Shown here: in pieces, positions 14,026 through 28,065 of the stretch
Layout of the letters: each line of letters starts with the position of its first letter
Position numbering within the stretch: the stretch's first letter is position 1
From: the human T2T-CHM13v2.0 reference genome, Homo sapiens
DNA: 64,000 bases
Assembly: GCF_009914755.1 (NCBI RefSeq)
Contig: NC_060933.1
Direction: 5' to 3' (one strand)
Position numbers and translations under genes: made by a program
Notes under the pieces: generated by a model
What the model was told of the DNA's origin: nothing
Databases searched by the model: none
Seen by the model: only the letters and a program-made list of their open reading frames with translations

Positions 14026-14574
14026 TTTTTTTTTTTTGTTCATTTTTAAAATTAACTCATACACAATTACTTGTCTTCTGGTTTGTTGAAACAATAATGC
14101 AGACATTTGCTACAACAATGACTGTTAAAATGGCTGGCCACAAAATCTCCAGCAATACATTAATCTGAAGGGCATTCTTGATGAAGTTGACTAATTTTGC
14201 CATTTTCATCCACCTTATAGTATTTCAGGACAGCCAGCTTAACCTTCCTTTTCTTATGCTTATTCTTCTTTGGAGTGGTGTAAGACTTCTTCCTTTTCTT
14301 AGCACCACCATGAAGTCTCAACACAAGATGAAGAGTAGACTCCTTTTGAATGTTGTACCCAGACAAAGCACATCCATCTTCCAGTTTCTTGCCAACAAAG
14401 ATCAGTCTTTGCTGATCAGTAGAAATTCCTGTCTTATCCTAGATCTTGGACTTCGCATTTTCTATTGTATCCAAGGGTTCAAACTCCAGAGTGATGGTCT
14501 TTCCCATAAGGGTTTTTAAAGAAAATCTGTGTTTTGGTGGTGGTTCCACTGCAGAAGGCAGATGGGAAAAAAAG
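14026..14574 (-). pseudogene. RPS27A: Processed pseudogene of RPS27A (ubiquitin-40S ribosomal protein S27a fusion), antisense in TMC1 intron 9; the symbol given is the parent gene
   Basis: Intronless copy from the 5' pyrimidine tract through ubiquitin (…[18 protein letters not shown]) and S27a ([17 protein letters not shown]…) to the 3'UTR and poly(A) (T run 14026-14037). Start ATG>ACA, +1 frameshift near codon 6, TAG at 14439-14441, TAA after CPSD. Degenerate TSD tgagtaatctttt / tgggtgatctttt. Confidence 0.96.
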
Positions 14575-15346
14575 CGTGGGTGATCTTTTGAACTTCAGAC
14601 TTGTCTCATGCTATTATTTAGACAATAGTGCCTGTCCAGCTCCCACTTCATCCCAGCATTTGCATACATGCAAAATTCTCTGCCACATTCTCATTCTTCC
14701 TGGTGGTCCTCTTGACTATGGATGACCCAACATTGGAGTTAAATAGAAAGAAGGCCTTTTGCAAAATGATTTTATGACTTGTTGTCTTCTCTTTCAATTA
14801 AGCTGACCAATCTGCCTCTACCAGAATGCAGTGTCTCATGTCATACAACTTACCATCTTGTATTGAACTCACCTATTTGTACACAGACTATCCTGGTAGA
14901 TCAGAAGGCTTTCAAGACAGGACCTGGAAATAAAAGACAGAAAATAAAATTTATTTTGTTTATTATTTTTATTATTTATTTTATTTAATTATTCATATTG
15001 AGTCCTTCATACAATGAAAACTAATTAAACACATACTCTGTTCCAATCACCCTATTATGTGCTAATCCCCTGCTTTCTTATTGTGTTATATAATAAATAG
15101 CTGTTTCTGAGAGGCCAGCATATTTTCCATAAAACAGGGGATCGATAAACATTTTTTTGTTGAATTAAATTGGTCTGGGGTTAGTGGAGAACAGGGAAAC
15201 AAGTGAAACCTACTGTTTCCCCCTTTGACTAGAAAGTAGTATTTGCTGCCAGAGAGACATTTCCAAGCTTACTGCATTGTAATGTTTTGAGGTGGGGGAT
15301 AAACATCTTGACAAATCAAGAGGTTGGACTTTACTTTTGTATTTGA

Positions 15347-15478
<132 letters not shown>

Positions 15479-15867
15479 TAGAGAAGTATCTCATAAGCTT
15501 ATCAGATGCCTTTGTCAGTTTCTGGACTTTTGGGAAGACTAGAAACAAACAAACAAACAAACAAAAACCAAATCAACAAAAACTTTGTTTATGCCTGCTT
15601 TCGTCACTGTGAAGATTTGCTAGCACTTACCAAGGACAATACTGGGGACCCCACTCTCGTGTTCTACCTTAGTCCAAAACATTACCATTCTAACCTGGTT
15701 TTCTCTCCTATACAGGGAAGTCACTATTGTGCACAATGACATTGAATCATCTTACTTGGAAGGCAGAGATTTTATTTTGGCAATGAACATGACATTGAGA
15801 ATATATACTCTCATGAATGTTAGACAGTAATCAAAATGAACAATGTTTTAACAAGTGAAGAAGTCTT

Positions 15868-16517
<650 letters not shown>

Positions 16518-16628
16518 CGAAGTCTTAAAACCTCATTTTCAAATCTCTGAAGTAGAATAAGCAATAGTCATCCAGGAGCTTGCTATCTGAATATTCACAT
16601 TGTGCCTTTATTTTGTAGAATATTCATA

Positions 16629-16655
16629 GGAAGGAAGGAAGGAAGGAAGGAAGGA
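16629..16655 (+). repeat. (GGAA)n microsatellite
   Basis: About 6 perfect GGAA units. Confidence 0.9.
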
Positions 16656-17039
16656 GAATATAGCCAATCAAAAACCTATTTAGTTTAGTGCTTTAGGCTT
16701 AGAATAAGGCAAGTAAACATTTTAAAATATTGTAAATAAAAATAGTAAATTGTTTTTTAAAATAATAATCTAAAAAAAGGGATAACATTTGAAACAATTT
16801 TGAGCACAATCTTTCCATATTCTGGTTTCTAACGGTTTCAACTAGGATCTGATTTCCATCCATTCCTCTCTAGATTGGAGGCAGGTTTTCCTGCTGGTTA
16901 AGTGTGGCGTTGTATAATTAAAATGGAGGCTCCATAGGGAGATAACACAGCTGATGGATAGCTTGCTGACATGATTGGGCATGTTTTAGGAGTGGCTAAC
17001 CCTCGGTTCCCTGTCTCTCAATATCAGATGGGAATTATT

Positions 17040-17285
17040 AAGTGGCAATGAATTAAAATACATCAGCTCATTAATTGTATCCCCTTCCACACATTCCCAG
17101 TGCCATTTCTCTCTTGCTTTAATTTCCTCCTTAACACTTACCGCTATCTAAAATGCTATATCTTTAATTTAATTTTTTGATGTAATCTTAATTCATTTTA
17201 TGTTCATTTCTCCCAATAGATGGGAAATTTAGTTTTGTTCACTCCTGCATTCCACTTGGCACTTAATAAATATGTATTGAATAAA
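17040..17285 (+). mobile_element. L2 3' fragment
   Basis: ttttgttcactcctgcattcc…ggcacttaataaatatgtattgaataaa, the L2 terminus. Confidence 0.6.
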
Positions 17286-18049
17286 ATTACAGACAAACTC
17301 GCTAAATGTCTACCAATCTAGGAAAAAAAGAAAGGAATTTAGATACATCAAAAAAGAGAAGACATCATGGATTTCTTAGGTTTCAACTGTACAGCTCAAA
17401 TGTGGTAGGTTGAGAGGCACTGAAAAACAAAAGGCCATTTGGAGCATTACGGTCCTGATACAATATATATAGTAAGAACTCTGAATTTGGTCTTTGCTTT
17501 GCTGCAGATTAGCTGTTTGACTTCTAGCCAGTCATTTAACTCCTCTGGACCTCAGTCTACTAATTTATAAAATTGTAGGGCTGAGTCTTGATCAGTTGTT
17601 AGATAAATCCCAAGAAATTTGTAATTAATGATAGGTAAATATATACATTTGAAAATTATTTTTAAAGCACACTAGAGCAGGTTCCAGCCTATCCTAATAG
17701 TAATATCATGCTCATTTGTGTTCCAATAGGCTATAGCCAGTGAAACAAAAACAGACAGAATTATTTTTATTGCCAGAAATTGCATGCAGCAAGAGTTACA
17801 CATATGACCACCATCCATCATGAGTGTCACAGTAGAAAAGACAGATTGAGAGCTATCCAATAATAACCTTCAGTTATCTCCTCTCTTCTTCTCTTCTTCT
17901 AGTAAATTTGGAAAGCCACGCTGGAAAATTGAGGCAAATGTAGATTATTTTTCTTTCCATATATAATTTATGATTTGATTAGTTTGTCATGACTTCTTCA
18001 CTGTTAATGGTGCTTTGTCTCAACTGTGAAGAACTGAGCTTTATTTTTT

Positions 18050-18275
18050 ATTTTATCAATATTCACCACACCACCATTTATTGAGTACCACCATGAGTCA
18101 GATGCTCTACAAACATTGTTTCATTTAATCTTCAGTGTTCCTGCAATGTGCACATTAACCTTCCTATTTTATAGTTGTGATTAAATAACTGTCCCAGAAT
18201 TAGTAGCAGAGCTGAAATATAAGGCAAAATCTGTCTGGGTTCAAAACGTATGCTTTTCCATGTGTTAGGCTGCTT
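18050..18275 (-). mobile_element. MIR
   Basis: catttattgagtacca…tcatttaatcttca…cctattttatag…agtagcagagctgaaat. Confidence 0.65.
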
Positions 18276-20490
18276 TCTCCTTTAGGGAAGGTTTTACATA
18301 CTTTTTCTTTTTAAATATGTTTTGCACCAGTTCATAAAAAGTATTCTACGAGGCCGATGGCAGGATGAGTAGTTATAGATTTTCTTGATCGTTATCAAGG
18401 AATTATTTTTCATTTTCTCATGTATTTACTTTTTAGTGAGTGATTTATTTAATTATATGTTTTGTATTCTATAGGATGCTTAATGTACTGATTTTAATGA
18501 TAACCATGAGGCTTTGGGCTATAGTATTAGTTGAAAAAATATGAAACCTATGTAAGAATATATTATTAGAGCACTGGATTGGACTATCTTATAAAAAGTA
18601 CCCTACTAAATATAGGTAAAGCATGTATCTGTGATCACCTTTGAAACTGAACTTAATGCAAAATGGGAAGAAATAGGACATGCAATGGATTTTCTGAGTT
18701 GAGGACTTTTTGACCCCTACCACCTCTGTAGTTTGGACAATCTGTTGAAATCTCTGGTTCTGTTTCCACATTTGGGGCTACTACAATATCTACAACATCT
18801 TGGGTTTAACTAGTCACTATACAAGATCATTTCCAGCTCAACATTCTATGATGTGTAAGTTACAGTCAGTTTTACATGTATATGTAGGCATGTGAAATTC
18901 ATTAATCATACTTTTGATTGATAAATCCTCAAAAATTTGAATGCAAAACAGATTTATACTAAGAGGGGACTATATAATTGCCTTCTCAAATTCTTTTTGA
19001 AATAAAGTTGGTTAAGTGTGTACCCTACTTATAGAATACATATTTAATTATAAAACGGATATAAATGCTTTTCTCTTAAATAAATGGCCATTTAATCTTA
19101 CAAAAGGTTCAGAAGTATCATTGTATTCCATTTCGACATCAGAATCATCTAATATATATCTTATTTAATCCTCAGAATAAGCCTGACATTATTGATTAAC
19201 TGAGCAAATAGTGGATGCCTAACATGTTTCTAGGCACTATTGCTACTGCCAAAGACAGCAGAGACTCTACCCTCATTGATCTTACATCCAAATGTGTTAA
19301 TGTATGTATGCTTGGATGGGGAAGACAGAATATAATATAAGCAAATAAATAATGACGGTAATTGTGGATTGTAGTAAGTGGCATGGTCAAAAGAGGAGCT
19401 GTTGCCTTCCATTCCCAACAGCCTTTCTAATCCACTTTTCCCCACTCTCTGCTCAGTATCTAGATAATACCAAATAAGTATTTTTAAAATGTGGCTAAAG
19501 GAGTCCAAAATTAACAGCCTTTACTGAGTTTTCCCAAAGCTCTGTCCAATAATTTGCAGAATCAAGAGCGGGACCCAAATTAGAGTCTAAAATTCATACT
19601 GTTTCCATCTTGATTCCAGTAAGACCTAGATCTCTTTATTAGTGTGAAGCGGATTCTCACCTGATGACTCCCAACTCTGTTTCACTTAAAAAATAGATTT
19701 GATAATTCCTGCCACAGAGGATACTGTGACGTTATGCATCACTTGGGAATACTGTGGGGTTTTACTGTCACGTCAGCCTTAAGGGGATCATGCCTAAAAC
19801 TCGATGGTTGCTCCTGTGGACACATCTTATTCATCTCATTGAACTGTGTATTTTTCTGAAGCAACTGCATGTTTGTACCCCCAGGAAATATAATCTATAC
19901 CCATTGTGATGCCAACATTATTATTAAGACCATAAATTAAATAATTGAATGTATTTCTAGCTGGGGATTACAAATTTTTCTCAGGATCAAAATCTACTTT
20001 TTCCTAATAGTAGATTGCATCATCAAAATTATAGTTTCAGAAACCTATTTTTTTTCAGACAGGAAATAGCTTTGGATAGGCAAGCCAAAGCACAGGGCTT
20101 AAACCTTATGTTTCCTTGCTGCCCTAAGGATTCTAGAAAATACAAATCAAATTTGTCACATTTAATTCCCTACCCCTAAATAGTTCGAAAAAATTGTGCT
20201 TCACATTCTAGCCTAACATGATGGTATTTATATTGTAGTCACACAGCAGGTCATTTAATTGGTCTTTTCCCATTTAGAAATACTCATATTTATCTGCTTG
20301 TCTTATTACCCATCTATTCAAGAGGAAATGATGTGTTATGACAGACTACAAATTACTTTGCCTTAATAATAAACAACCAGAAAGAGAGTTGAAATTTTAA
20401 CTTTAATTTGAAAGAAACAAGAATATTCAGGAACAAGAATATGCTTAAGCATAAAGCCTCAGTTTAATACGTATCAGAGACTCTGTTTTT

Positions 20491-20808
20491 TGGTTGTTGT
20501 TGTTGTTTGTTTGTTTGTTTGTTTTTTGAGACAGAGTCTTGCTCTGTTGCCCAGGCTGGAGTGCAGTGGCGCAATCTCGGCTCACTGCAAACCTCTGCCT
20601 CCTGGGTTCAAGTGATTCTCCTGACTCAGCCTCCTGAGTAGGTGGGATTACAGGCTCCTGCCACTATGCCCAGCTAATTTTTGTATTTTTAGTAGAGACG
20701 GGGTTTCAACATGTTGACCAGGCAGGTCTTGAACTCCTGACCTCGTGATCCACCTGGCTCAGCCTCCCAAAGTGCTGGGATTACAGGAGTGAGCCACCGT
20801 GCCTGGCT
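20491..20808 (-). mobile_element. Alu (AluSg-like), antisense, with (GTT)/(GTTT)n tail
   Basis: Full dimer; exact 14-bp TSD gagactctgttttt. Confidence 0.95.
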
Positions 20809-21039
20809 GAGACTCTGTTTTTATACATTAATAATTTACTATGGAAGCAGCATTTATCAGTCTGATTAAAGAAATAAGAATTGGTCATTATGGGCATCAA
20901 ATTTGTGAATCTGACTGGCTTTAGCTGATTGATGGATATTATCTATACCTATTGTTTCAGAAACACATATTCATTGCATGTTTATTGTATATATCATAGT
21001 CTTAAGAAAATTAATTGAACTATGTTTTACTTAAAGGGC

Positions 21040-21280
21040 CATATAGCAGTGTGGTTAAGAGAGATCTAGATTTGGAGTCAAACACCTGTAGCTCAAGACT
21101 GCCTGGTTTAGAAGCCTGGCTTCCTTGTTTACTAGCTATGTAGCCTATAGATCTAAGTCTCTGTAAAATGGGAAAACAATAGTTCCCATTTCGTAGGGAT
21201 TTGATGATCATTAAATAAGTTAATACATATAGATCAAATTGGTGTTTGAAACAGTGATTCACTAAATGTTACCTATTATT
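21040..21280 (+). mobile_element. MIR
   Basis: tatagcagtgtggttaagag…actagctatg…ctgtaaaatggg…cactaaatgttacctattatt. Confidence 0.7.
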
Positions 21281-22741
21281 AATCAACTTTTGATTCAGTC
21301 AACAACTGTGTTAAAGTTTTTGTTTCCTGATTCATAGTGGGACTAATAATACTTAACCTCATTAAGTTCTAGTGGCAGCATAATGAGTTGATGCTGATAA
21401 AGTTCTTGGAACACATAACTGACCATCAAGATATACTAGCTATTATTATTATTATTACTCATTTTGCTTCCTTACACTGAGAGATTAAGTATGTTAAAAT
21501 TGCTATTCTTTTCATTTATGCTCTTTTAGTCACACTAATCAGGCATTTCTTTTTAGTGAACATCAGTTTTAGTTAACAACATCCGGTAGGATAGAACCAC
21601 TAGATAAAAGGGATAAAGAGGGAAGATTTCTTCTTTTTTGTTTTTGTGTTGAGACAGGAAAAACTGGAGTTTTATGACAACTTGTTGTTTCATTTTCTCT
21701 ACTTTAAGATCTTCATTTGTTTTGTTACTGTGTTTTCTCCTCTGCTATTGATAGGTCTAGTGTGGAAGAAACTTTGTCTTCTGGATTTCTTAGTCTCTTC
21801 CACCTGTGTCTGGGTCTTTCCTATAATCGTTCTAGTTTTAATGAAATCTATTGGCCTGCAATTCATTTTCTTTACACTTAAGATTCTGTAAAGACTCAAC
21901 CTCCAAATAAAATAGTTGTGAAGCCACTCTCAAATCTGAGAACTGGAGTTTGGAAGTTTTGGACTCTAAAGTATATTTCATTATGATGCTTAAGCATGTT
22001 GGAGGAGGGGATACTTTCTGAAACATCTTAATTCACTTCTGTCTTTTGCATTTAAGTATATTTGTACCCTACACGCAAGAAATTCATTTGTCAGGGATTG
22101 TGTGTAGGTGCTGAGAGGATGGGCCGTGGCAATAATTAGAAAAACAAAAGCATAAAAAGTGAGGAAGGAAGAAAGGAATGGTGGGTTAGTATCCTATATG
22201 CGGGATTTCATACTGGAAGATCTTACATGCGATTCCAGGGAAAAACTTACATTGATACCTAGTGACCAAGGCTTTCCTCCAGTAAATGAGTAACTGTAAT
22301 GAGTAACAAACTGTAAGTCCACTGCCTTCAATAAAACATGATGAGTGAACCTGGCTGAGCAGCCCTCAGGTAGTCGTTACCAGAGAATGTAGATAACGGC
22401 CATGAAATGGTATGAAGTCACTGGGAGCCAAGTGGGTGATCAGATGTCCTAGGAGAAGCAGACCAGTGCACCTGGTGACAGTGCTGGGCTGGGCTGAGGT
22501 AGGGTGGGGTGGGGTTGTGTATCAAAACCACACACCCTTAGAAACCTTATAGAACTCTGCACCCCTCGGCAATGTGAAATCAATCCAAATTCTCTTGTGA
22601 GCATAAAGAAAAATATTGACTTCAAAATCATTGATTTTTTCCAAAATATCCATTTAAAGATTGACTTCTTAAGTTTCTAAAAAAAAACCTGCCACTGTTT
22701 TACAGGAATAAGAAAGATGGTAGGTAAAGAATAGACAAAGG

Positions 22742-23036
22742 GGCCAGGTGCAGTGGCTCACTCCTGTAATCCCAGCACTTTGGGAGGCTGAGGCGGGTGG
22801 ATCACGAGGTCAGGAGTTGAAGACTAGCCTGGCCAACATGGTGAAACCCTGTTTCCACTAAAATTACAAAAATTAGCCAGGTGTGGTGGTGGGTGCCTGT
22901 AATCCCAGCTACTCAGGAGGCTGAGGCAGGAGAATTGCTTGAAACTGTAAAGCAGAGGTTACAGTGAGCCAAGATTGCGCCACTGCACTCCAACCTGGGT
23001 GACAAGGGCAAAACTCCATCTCAAAACAAAACAAAA
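22742..23036 (+). mobile_element. Alu (AluSg-like)
   Basis: Full dimer; exact 16-bp TSD aaagaatagacaaagg. Confidence 0.95.
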
Positions 23037-23559
23037 AAAGAATAGACAAAGGTCCAGAAATAGAGGTGTTACTGTCCTGTGAGGCCGGCCTCATCTAAGT
23101 AAGTAGAGGCTGGAATTTGCTACCCATGAACCTTCCTTTTCCATTGATAATGCTTCCCCACTGATAATGTTTCAAAGCCAGAAGGCTCCAGAAAATCATT
23201 GGTCAATAGAGATGTTTAGCTGAATGTTAGCTGAATGGGACAGAACACATGGGCTGATGCAGCCAGGGACTGAAGGTGTTTGTTGTTTTTTCTTGGGCAA
23301 CTGACAATGATAATTTGGAAGATTGGGAAAGCTAGCAACTTGGTGCTGAATCTTAAATGACCGTCAAAGAAACTTTTGCTTTTGTAAATCTATGAAATCT
23401 GAACCTAAGACTTAACCTCTTCATTTTTCTTCTTCCACTCTCTGCTTTAAGAGGGTGCTTTTTTTTTCTCTCTCTCCCAATGAGAATTAACCAATCACTT
23501 TACTTTTCACTTCTGGGGGCAGGGGTGAGTTGACTGAACATTCTTGCCTATTGCCTATT

Positions 23560-24205
23560 CATTCCCCAAAGCTGAAGTGGTTTTTTAAAAGTCATGCTCA
23601 TCACCCCTTCCTCTGGCCCTAATGCTTAACACCTGTCAATGACTTCTCCTTACATTTTAAATAAAATTCTCACTCTTTACCATGGGTTGAGAGGCCCCAC
23701 ACACTGTGGTTTGGCCTCTCCATCCTTATCTGTCACCACTTTCCCTCATTCATGTACTCCAACTGCACAGGCCTGAGTTTTATTCCTCAGTAGTCCCAAG
23801 CCCTTGCCCCTTAGGATCTTTGTTCTGGCTTTTTCCTCTGCTTGAGCTGCTCTTCCCCAGCTCAGCATGTTGCTGTCTTTTCTTCAAACTTCAGATCTCT
23901 GCTTAGATGACATCTCTGATGTTCTTTCCTTGACAAAACTTTCTAAAGCTACCCCTTTCAATACTTTCCCTTCCCTCCTGTAGGACCTGCTATTATCTCT
24001 ATCTCTATCTCCTGTCATCTACATCTATAGCTAATGTCTATGTCTGTATCTCTATCTCTGTATCTTTCTATGTATCTTACATATTTGTTGTATCCATACC
24101 TCACTAAAATGTAAGTTCTATTATAGCAGCACCCGTATCTATGACATTGTGCTTCACATCTAAGATAATTTCTGGCATAAGATGTGTGGAGTGAATGAAT
24201 GAATT
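23560..24205 (+). mobile_element. L2 3' region with an internal (ATCT)-rich low-complexity stretch
   Basis: Pyrimidine-rich L2-type body ending gtgaatgaatgaat. Confidence 0.65.
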
Positions 24206-24730
24206 TCAGCTTTTATACCATCCCTGTAAAATTCCAGTAATGGGGGAAACAGCACAGAACTGCTTGTAAGATAACTATCCGTAAAGGATGTGGTAAACTC
24301 TTTTTGAGAAGAACATTGTTTGCCTGAGAAAAGGAAGAGAAAATAGCAGTAATTATAATTATAGTGATAGCTAATTACTAGCTAGGCACTGTAGTTACCT
24401 TTACATATATTTGCTCAGTTATCAGTATTAACTCAAGAAATAAAATGCACTCTGCAGGTGGCAATCATGGCTGCTCAGCAAAAGGCAGCTTTCCCTTGGA
24501 TGGACTATGATGGGGTAGGTCACATGCAGTCTGCATAACTGCATTCTACGTACCTTCTACATTCCACATGACAGGGAATGCTTCCATCATGATTAACATT
24601 TTCTCTTCCTGAATAGAGAGAAAAGAATGCTATAGCCTATAAATATAAAAAGGACCAATGCCTCACAATTAATGGATTCATTTTGAAGGCAACCAAGACA
24701 AAGCTCTTTTTGTTTGTTTGTTTGCTTTGA

Positions 24731-24919
<189 letters not shown>

Positions 24920-25362
24920 TAGAAAAGTATTTATCTCTTCTTTAAAGTAGAATAATTAACTGGCTATTTTCACGTCTTAGAGTCATAGGATTTGTAATGA
25001 GATTAACCTTCAAAATGGTGCCCATGGGCCAAAGCTCCCAATCCTTGCACTAAAGGGGGTGTAAGCCTCTTGAAATTATATAACTTATGTATAATTTCAC
25101 ATGTATGTTTAAATGTGTATTTTTATGTGGAAAGTTTCATGGCTTCTTTCAGTTTCCCAAGGGGGTCCCTGTTCCTAAATGTTAAAAACTATTGTTCAAG
25201 AGGAAGACTTTGACACCTTGTGAGTTGTATTTCTTTATTTTGCCAAGTTAGCTTTGAAAGAAATGCTTCCTTAATGCAACTCAAAGCCTCCAGATTTTCT
25301 ATACTGAAGAAACACAAAATGAACATTTTCCCCCTAAGATACAAAGTAAGATAATGCCCACA

Positions 25363-25389
25363 ACACACACACACACACACACACACACA
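25363..25389 (+). repeat. (CA)n microsatellite
   Basis: About 13 perfect CA units. Confidence 0.95.
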
Positions 25390-27621
25390 AATAGTGGGAT
25401 GGGATGAGAGTGGGATGGGATGATGAGGTCCAAAGTCAGAAACTAAAACACATAGAGGGTCCAAATCAAAGAAGACAAAGCCCTGAGCTAATGTGGGGAA
25501 AGGGTCAGCTGAGGCCAAAAAGCTAGACTGAGGTCAGAGCCTTCACTCATATGAAGTTAAATGATTCTGACACCTTTGAATGCTTACCTTACAGAAGTTG
25601 GATTAGGTTTTAGTTAACCTACAAAGGACCTTTTAGGACCAGTATTTCAAAGCAAATTTGGTCCATACAGCATTGACAGTGGCCAAAATTTGGTGGTTTT
25701 GGGTGACTTTTTATCCCGATAGCTTCAAATCAGTGCCAGTTTCTATACTAAGACTCCTATTAACATAATAATAATAATAATGCTTTACATTCATAAAGAG
25801 ATTTGAGCTTTTAATAGTACAAAGCACTTTCACTTCTTTTACTTACTGTGCGTCACAACAAATTTATGATGTAGACTGTAGAAGACATTTTCTTCACCCA
25901 TTTAAAACATGTAAATGGAGTCACATAATGCTGATGTGACTTAGCTAACATCTTGGAATATATTTTTTTATTAAGCTGATCTAGGACTAGAACCCATGAT
26001 TCAATCCCTTTCTCTAAGATTTTGCACTTTAATCCACTAGTTTTATAATCCTTGAGATAATTCCAGAGCTTCTAAAGTTGTCTGGCTCGTAGAAGACAGT
26101 GACCAAAGATCAGAGGTCCTGTGTAGTTTATTTCCCAAGTGCACACTTTCAGGTAATGAAGCTGAATGTGTGTATTTTATCTATTTCAAATTAACCCCAG
26201 CTTTTTTTTTTTTTTTTTTTTTGCTTACCTTTCTAAGGAAATCTGAAACTCCTCCATTCCATCACTGGCTACTATGACGTTACTTAGTGTCAGATGCAGG
26301 TATAAATGGAGTTTTATCAGCAGCATTTATTCTTTCCCCCACACCATGCTGCCTCCATGTGGAGAAAATGAAAGGCTGTTGCTGATTTATTTGAATAATA
26401 CGAAATTACAGAATGTCTGCTATGTAGTGGATGGAGTGCCTACGTGTTAGGTTGGATGTATTCCAAGAGCTAGGAAGCATTCTGTCTTTGGATACCCTTT
26501 TATAGGTTGTATTAGGTGCTGAGGGGCATCCTGTTTTCTGGGCAATGATTACCAACTCCAGCAAAAGAACAAGAGAATGGACACCCTGCATGCTGACTTT
26601 GCAGAACCACCAGAGGCCAGGGCAGTCATCTCCTGGCAGCAACGCTGTATTTTTCAGCTGCCTCTACCCGACGGGCTCACTCAGTATTCCTCCAAGGCAA
26701 ATGCCCTTTTGCCCCAAGGTCCTGTGTCCCTGGGCAAGCCTGAGACCTTGATCTCCTTTGTCCTCTGTGCCCCCGAACTTTGGGGCGAGACAGTGTGTCT
26801 GGAACCCACCTTCTATTCTGTTCGGACCAGGAAGCCAGATGGGCCAAAGGCCTACTTTGGGAGGTTGTGCAGCTTGTGCACAGGGAGTGAGCAGAGATTG
26901 ATGTCCAGCCCTTGTTCAGTCAAGCTCTGCACCCAGGCTTCAAGCCATATTCATCTTCTGTTCCCAGCTTTAGGAGGGAAGTTTCCATCTCACAGAAGAA
27001 GCAACATCTGCTTGGTAAGCTATGGGGGCTAGAAAGGTGCTCTTTCCAGTTCTCACCAAGGCACCTTCCTATGACCCTATTCTTGCCCTCTCACTGGCCC
27101 ACTCTTCCCAGTACTATTCTCCCTACCGTTTTTCTCTTCCAATCTGGTAGCATGAATTTGAGGCAGCAGTCCTGAATTAGTGATGAAGCAGACACCATAA
27201 TCAGGGTGCAAGTGTTCTCACGTTGCAGACACCCACAAATTACATGATTGGATTTCCTTGAGTTCTCTCTCTTGACATGAAGGACAGAATCTCCCTCCAC
27301 CCTCACTCCTAAGGGGTATTCTCTTATGAAAGTGTGGGTAAGATTGTTTTGTTGAGTCCTATGTGACTCAAAAGGCTACCTCTCTCCTTTCCAGACTTCC
27401 AAGTCAGAACAGTTTGGTGGTGGTGGTGGCAATGGGGTCCTCAGAAAGCCCTCTGGGGAATGTGGTTGACCTGACTGCTGGTGGTCCCCTGAACTTGGAA
27501 TGCAGGGTCCTTTGCACTCCCTTTGTTCTTACCTCTGGATTTAGTAGTCGATTCCCAGAAAATGGGACCCCACATGGAGACCCAAAGAGTCCCCATAAAA
27601 ATGTTTCAGAAGGGCTTTTAA

Positions 27622-28065
<444 letters not shown>

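Noticed and set aside
14160-14366. 68-aa ubiquitin/S27a ORF as a functional microprotein
   Set aside because: It starts at a non-ATG codon inside a pseudogene with upstream disablements and a truncated zinc finger.
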